10,174 bases of DNA from a virus. Taxonomy: Duplodnaviria; Heunggongvirae; Uroviricota; Caudoviricetes. Positions within the stretch are counted from its first letter, which is position 1; the number at the start of each line of letters is the position of its first letter. The notes beneath the pieces were generated by a model. It had not been told where the DNA came from. It saw only the letters and a program-made list of their open reading frames with translations, and did no database searches. This document shows, one piece after another, positions 6,436 through 10,174 of the stretch. The position numbers and the translations under genes were made by a program. The DNA is taken from the IMG/VR virus record IMGVR_UViG_2548876862_000020. One strand, written 5' to 3'.

Positions 6436-7251
6436 ATGAGCAGACATGCAACAGATTGGGCCTGGGAGACAGATCCAGGTAGCTCGTCATTAAAGCTCAT
6501 ACTGCTCTCGATGGCTGACAGAGCCGATGAATATAACCTCTGCTACCCCAGCATAGAACGCCTCGTTAAAGACACTTGCCTGAATAAAAAAACCGTACAG
6601 GCCGGGCTTATATCGCTCATGAAAATGGGGCTTATTTCAGATACCGGAGAGAGAAAGGGTGCGACGAAAAGAGTGCGGGTTTTCTCTCTTAATATAACCA
6701 AAAACGGGAACATTAAAGGCAACCGGGAGGGAGGTAATGAACCCAAAAACGGTAATGTTACCGAAAACGGGAATATACCCAAAAACGGGATGTTGAATAT
6801 ACCCAAAAACGGGATGTTGAATGATCCCAAAAACGGGATCCAGAACCAGTCATATAACCAGTCATTTAACCAAGAGAGGGAGAGCAGGACAAAAACCGGG
6901 GATTCTGTTCCTCATGACCCCGGCGCAAACAACGCCGTGATGAATAACTTTGTTCCTCCTGGTGGGCTAGGGCAATTAGGCAAATTTGTCATGCATGAAC
7001 AATGGCAACCATCAGATGACTTTCTTCGGAAAAGCTCATTGCAGGGGATCTACCTGGACAGTCTGCCAACGGCACAGGAACTTGCAGAGTTCAGAATTTA
7101 CTGGATGGCTGAGGGTAAGGCATACCATCAGGCACAGTGGGAGCAGAAGCTGGCAAGGCGGCTGCAGATTAGCAGACAGAAGCAATCAACATTACCTGAT
7201 AACAACGTTCCGCACTGGAACAGCCCTGAAGCGTGGGAGGATTTCTTGTGA
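6436..7251 (+). CDS. Replication initiator, O-like (winged-helix N-domain, repeat linker, C-domain)
   Basis: 271-aa ORF, ATG 6436 preceded by GGAG at 7 nt. Contains DNA iterons internally. Immediately followed by and overlapped with a lambda P-like gene. Confidence 0.8.
   Translation: MSRHATDWAWETDPGSSSLKLILLSMADRADEYNLCYPSIERLVKDTCLNKKTVQAGLISLMKMGLISDTGERKGATKRVRVFSLNITKNGNIKGNREGGNEPKNGNVTENGNIPKNGMLNIPKNGMLNDPKNGIQNQSYNQSFNQERESRTKTGDSVPHDPGANNAVMNNFVPPGGLGQLGKFVMHEQWQPSDDFLRKSSLQGIYLDSLPTAQELAEFRIYWMAEGKAYHQAQWEQKLARRLQISRQKQSTLPDNNVPHWNSPEAWEDFL
6698..6840 (+). repeat. Origin-like iterons inside the O-like gene
   Basis: Six copies of core CCAAAAACGG(G/T)A at 6698, 6743, 6762, 6778, 6802, 6826. 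Two exact 24-bp tandem units at 6775-6798 and 6799-6822. Followed by tandem CAGTCAT(A/T)TAACC at 6847-6871. Encodes the low-complexity PKNG peptide repeat. Confidence 0.75.
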
Positions 7252-8033
7252 ACAACGTTTTTACCGCGATACAAAACCGTGACGGAGAAGCCCTTTATCG
7301 CATGTCAGGTTATGAGCATCAGTACGTCAACAATGACAATGTGGTGAACATGTCAGCAGAGAGGCTTGTTGATGCCCTTTTCAAACAGCTGAAACAACTG
7401 TTTCCGGCGGCAGTGGTAACCAACCTGAAGACGCCAGAGCAGGAAGTTGCTGCAAAACAGCAGTGGATTGCTGCGTTTGCCGAAGGGGGGATCCGAACCC
7501 GTGAACAGGTTTCTGCTGGTATGCGCCACGCCCGCGCCAGTGAATCTCCGTTCTGGCCGTCGCCAGGGCAATTTATCAAGTGGTGTAAAGACAGCAAGAT
7601 GGTTCTTGGCGTCACCATTGACGATGTGATGGCGGAGTTTCACCGGTACAGCAAGGAAAAAAGTTTATATCCTGGTGGTCCCGAAAGATTCCCGTGGCGA
7701 CATCCGGTTATGTACTGGGTCGTATGTGATACCCGCCGTGCAATGTATCAGCGCCAGCTTAGCGAGATTGAGGTTGAGAAACATGCGCGCAGGCTGCTCG
7801 ATGATTGGGCGAAAAAGGTGGCTTCCGGACAGCAGATACCCGATCCGGTGATCAGCATACAGGCAAAGCCAGAACCCATGAGTACGCCTCCGGACACAGG
7901 GAGAGACGTTTACCATCCACCAGGGCGAAGTTTCGGGTGTATGCCTAACGCCGCTACCCTGGGGGGAATAACACCGGCGCAGTGGCTGATGGAGGAATAC
8001 AGGCGGGGAAAGGCGGCAGGATTTATCAAGTAA
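7248..8033 (+). CDS. Lambda P-like replication protein (DnaB helicase loader)
   Basis: Segment QQWIAAFAEGGIRTREQVSAGMRHARASESPFWPSPGQFIKWCKDS parallels lambda P as recalled from memory. Preferred start GTG 7248 has GGGAGG 8 nt upstream and overlaps the O stop as GTGA. Track start 7233 has no SD. Confidence 0.8.
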   Translation: MNNVFTAIQNRDGEALYRMSGYEHQYVNNDNVVNMSAERLVDALFKQLKQLFPAAVVTNLKTPEQEVAAKQQWIAAFAEGGIRTREQVSAGMRHARASESPFWPSPGQFIKWCKDSKMVLGVTIDDVMAEFHRYSKEKSLYPGGPERFPWRHPVMYWVVCDTRRAMYQRQLSEIEVEKHARRLLDDWAKKVASGQQIPDPVISIQAKPEPMSTPPDTGRDVYHPPGRSFGCMPNAATLGGITPAQWLMEEYRRGKAAGFIK

Positions 8034-8038
8034 TACCA

Positions 8039-8058
8039 GCGCGATAGCGCATTTTTTT
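8039..8058 (+). terminator. Weak terminator-like hairpin plus T7 run after the P-like gene
   Basis: gcgc (8039-8042), loop gata, gcgc (8047-8050), then a-TTTTTTT (8052-8058). Stem is only 4 bp, so weak. Confidence 0.35.
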
Positions 8059-8070
8059 ACGTCTTGATAA

Positions 8071-8147
8071 TTACCTGTTGGGTAATAAAATATTCTAAAA
8101 TCTATTGATTTCGTGTCTTATGTGGTTTTTAATTACCTCAGGGGTAA
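8071..8147 (+). promoter_or_regulatory. Third operator-flanked promoter (p3) upstream of the DUF1064-like gene
   Basis: Operator TTACCTGTTGGGTAA (8071-8085), 19 bp, -35 TTGATT (8105-8110), 17-bp spacer, -10 TTTAAT (8128-8133), operator TTACCTCAGGGGTAA (8133-8147). Same spacing as pL. Confidence 0.55.
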
Positions 8148-8150
8148 ATC

Positions 8151-8495
8151 ATGAGAAAACAGATACAGGCTCTTGGTCGACTCAAAACAGGCCAGATGAA
8201 CAAAACAGAATCTGCGTATTGCCAGCACCTTGAGCTGCGTAAACGTGCAGGGGAAATCGCCTGGTATCGATTCGAGGGTATCAAGCTGCGGTTAGCTGAT
8301 AACACGTTCTATACGCCAGATTTCGCTGTGATGCTCGCCACCGGAGAGATGGAACTGCACGAAGTGAAAGGTTTCTGGACCGACGACGCCAGGGTGAAAA
8401 CCAAAGTCGCCGCAGATCAATATCCGTTCCGAATCATCGGGGTAACTGTTAAGCCAAAGAAAGCAGGTGGTGGCTGGAAAATCGAAGAGTTCTGA
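8151..8495 (+). CDS. DUF1064-like phage protein (predicted PD-(D/E)XK-type nuclease fold)
   Basis: 114-aa ORF. Motif YTPDF ... GEMELHEVKG fits D-x(n)-E-x-K. Overall pattern recalled as DUF1064, common next to lambdoid replication genes. Confidence 0.6.
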   Translation: MRKQIQALGRLKTGQMNKTESAYCQHLELRKRAGEIAWYRFEGIKLRLADNTFYTPDFAVMLATGEMELHEVKGFWTDDARVKTKVAADQYPFRIIGVTVKPKKAGGGWKIEEF

Positions 8496-8556
8496 ATCGA
8501 CGATCTCTTTAGTTATCAATGTAATCAATAAGTTATGTGGATAAGTGAGGGTAAAG

Positions 8557-9036
8557 ATGGAAAGTAATATCAAAGGGTTAGTTTCCGCCGGGCATGAGAT
8601 GGCTTCGGAACTGAAAGCAGAATGTGGTGCCGTTGATATGCGTAATGTGGCAAAGCTGCTCAGCGATTTTGCAACGCAACTGGAAGTGCAACTGGTGCGT
8701 GCTAATGCGCTGGCGGCGGAGAATGCGGGGCTGAAGTCTGGCGCTATGGACGAAATCAAGGTTATCAACCGTGGAGGTCAGGCATATTGCGTAAAAGATG
8801 GAGTGCAAGTTAATCCCATGTATGCAAGAGGGTGGAATGACTATCGCGCAAAGTCTCTGCAATCAGACACCCCAGCCACCGATGCTTTCCTGGCTGAAAT
8901 TGAACGCAAAGCAATCCGCAAGTTCATTAACAGCATTGAACACATCCTGCGTGACAAGTTGTCACCGTATGACACCGAAGAGATGCTTGAGGCTATGCGT
9001 ATTTTTCTGGAAGAACAGGGAGGCGAGCAAAAATGA
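8557..9036 (+). CDS. Hypothetical protein (159 aa)
   Basis: ATG 8557 preceded by GTGAGGG at 5 nt (track start 8545 is the GTG inside this SD). Stop overlaps the next start as ATGA (9033-9036). Confidence 0.55.
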   Translation: MESNIKGLVSAGHEMASELKAECGAVDMRNVAKLLSDFATQLEVQLVRANALAAENAGLKSGAMDEIKVINRGGQAYCVKDGVQVNPMYARGWNDYRAKSLQSDTPATDAFLAEIERKAIRKFINSIEHILRDKLSPYDTEEMLEAMRIFLEEQGGEQK

Positions 9037-9347
9037 CAATCACAAAACAACGAGTAGAAAAAATCATATATCGCCATGAAATGGGACTGAACAGCGATGT
9101 CACTGCCGAAGAGGTTTATGACCTGGCTGTACTGGCGCTGAATTTATCAAATATCGCAAATCTGAAGCGATACGAGCTTGATATGGGAGGTTGTGACTCA
9201 TGCGGTCAGGATTGTGGCGCTGACATGACTGAAGATTCTGATGGCAATTATGTCCTGTTTGATGACGTGGTTAAGTTGTTTGAGTTTGATACAACCACTC
9301 GGAAGCTAGAAAGCCCAGCAAAGGAGGCAACCAGTGAGCAAGATTGA
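9033..9347 (+). CDS. Hypothetical protein (104 aa) with C-x2-C-x3-C motif
   Basis: ORF coupled to the upstream gene by ATGA. Contains GGCDSCGQDCG and an acidic tail. 3' end overlaps the next gene by 14 nt. Confidence 0.5.
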   Translation: MTITKQRVEKIIYRHEMGLNSDVTAEEVYDLAVLALNLSNIANLKRYELDMGGCDSCGQDCGADMTEDSDGNYVLFDDVVKLFEFDTTTRKLESPAKEATSEQD

Positions 9348-9912
9348 CTATCAGGCGCTGCGTGAGGCAGCAGAACGTGCAATTCCGGCAATGGAACGCC
9401 TGTTAATGTTGCCAGTTGATGATGATTTGTTAAGTGAACAGGAACTTAAAGATTACGGTGTGGATATTGATGCGCTCAACGCCTTCAAATTTCTGACCGG
9501 ACCAGAAACCGTGCTGGCACTACTGGATGAACTGGAAAGAAACCAGCAATACATAAAACGCCGCGATCAGGAGAACGAGGAAATTGCGCTAACGGTAGGG
9601 AAGCTGCGTGTTGAGCTGGAAGCCGCAGAGAAGCGCATTGCAGAACTGGAAGCACGGGAAATAAAACCAGCCAAAGGCGAAGTTCTTGTCGTTGTTTCTG
9701 GTTTTACTGGTTGCGGAAAAAGCGCCATTGCCGGGGAAATAGAAATCGCGATGAAGGCTATTGGTGTACCGGTTAAGTGGACTAATGGCGATGCAGAAAA
9801 GCGCATGACTGGCGCTGACTGGCTGACAGCAATTGAGATGTACAAACCAACTGTGCGCATTGTGGAAGTTAATGTGCCACGCGTCGCTGGCATTCGCATC
9901 AAAGGAGAGTGA
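9334..9912 (+). CDS. Ead/Ea22-like family protein (coiled-coil)
   Basis: GTG 9334 preceded by AAGGAGG at 6 nt. N-terminal IDYQALREAAERA, then VLALLDELE and KRIAELE, match the recalled Ea22-like pattern. Confidence 0.6.
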   Translation: MSKIDYQALREAAERAIPAMERLLMLPVDDDLLSEQELKDYGVDIDALNAFKFLTGPETVLALLDELERNQQYIKRRDQENEEIALTVGKLRVELEAAEKRIAELEAREIKPAKGEVLVVVSGFTGCGKSAIAGEIEIAMKAIGVPVKWTNGDAEKRMTGADWLTAIEMYKPTVRIVEVNVPRVAGIRIKGE

Positions 9913-9913
9913 C

Positions 9914-10174
9914 GTGGAAATAAATCCAGAAGATGAGTTAAGTAATATTGTTTTATTTCCGGTAAAAGAGGATGACCCACGTAATCAGGTTAATTTTCTT
10001 TATGAGCCATCGGAAAGACCATACTGCCATCACGCTTCTGTCCGGGTTGACGAAAAAGAGCGTCAGGTCCGCTGTAAAAACTGCGGTGCAGTTGTGGAGC
10101 CGTTTGACTGGATGCTCTCAGTGGCGAAAAGAGAAACCAGACTGGCAGATGATGTAAGGCTATTGCGCCAGGAG
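9914..10174 (+). CDS. 3'-truncated ORF missing from the ORF track, Cys/His-containing unknown protein
   Basis: Open frame from GTG 9914 to window end (87 codons, no stop). AAGGAG at 9901-9906, 7 nt upstream. Translation VEINPEDELSNIVLFPVKEDDPRNQVNFLYEPSERPYCHHASVRVDEKERQVRCKNCGAVVEPFDWMLSVAKRETRLADDVRLLRQE. Alternative in-frame ATG at 9872 is possible. Confidence 0.5.
   Translation, partial: MEINPEDELSNIVLFPVKEDDPRNQVNFLYEPSERPYCHHASVRVDEKERQVRCKNCGAVVEPFDWMLSVAKRETRLADDVRLLRQE

Noticed and set aside
6318-6830. Track ORFs 6318..6500(-) and 6543..6830(-)
   Set aside because: The second is the antisense reading of the iteron array (repetitive FLGIFNIP peptide), an artefact of DNA repeats. The first is antisense to the zinc-ribbon and O-like gene junction.
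6698-6840. Possible CRISPR array because of regularly spaced direct repeats
   Set aside because: Repeats are about 12-24 bp with no unique spacers of uniform length and lie inside an intact ORF. This is typical of origin iterons, not CRISPR.
6986-7916. Track ORFs 6986..7282(+), 7319..7618(-), 7353..7643(-), 7447..7629(+), 7665..7916(-) and the 7233 GTG start for the P-like gene
   Set aside because: These overlap the O-like and P-like coding frames. The 7233 start lacks an SD, whereas GTG 7248 has GGGAGG at 8 nt and overlaps the O stop.
8292-9980. Minus-strand track ORFs 8292..8768, 8578..8862, 8841..9077, 9567..9980 and plus ORFs 8798..9079, 9972..10157
   Set aside because: Antisense or out-of-frame to a run of plus-strand genes with strong SDs and stop-start coupling. 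Translations are Cys/Ser-rich with no start context.
1-10174. tRNA, rRNA or attachment-site repeat within the window
   Set aside because: No cloverleaf-like or rRNA-like segment was recognised. The int gene starts at the window edge, so the att site and any tRNA target probably lie upstream of position 1.

Overview
This window reads as the early region of a lambdoid (Rac/933W-like mosaic) prophage from an enterobacterial host, built around a divergent immunity switch. Left to right: a P4/IntA-type tyrosine integrase on the + strand starting at the window edge; a leftward operon driven from a pL-like promoter (~4980-5008) carrying a Trp-rich 50-codon ORF, a 99-aa unknown, a RecE-like PD-(D/E)XK exonuclease, a RecT/Bet annealing protein, an AlpA-type HTH gene, and a tightly overlapped three-gene block around an orphan MT-A70 (DPPW) adenine methyltransferase; a 202-aa twin-HTH repressor (minus) and a Cro-like gene (plus) flanking an operator region; then an intrinsic terminator, a small Cys/His protein, an O-like initiator with in-gene iterons, a lambda P-like helicase loader, a second operator-flanked promoter, a DUF1064-like gene, two unknowns, an Ea22-like gene, and a 3'-truncated ORF missing from the supplied track. 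No rRNA, tRNA or CRISPR array was seen. The most unusual signal is a 15-bp palindrome family TTACC-N5-GGTAA placed with identical geometry at pL and at a third promoter downstream of the replication genes. All functional names come from motif and family recognition by eye; no database search or folding calculation was run.
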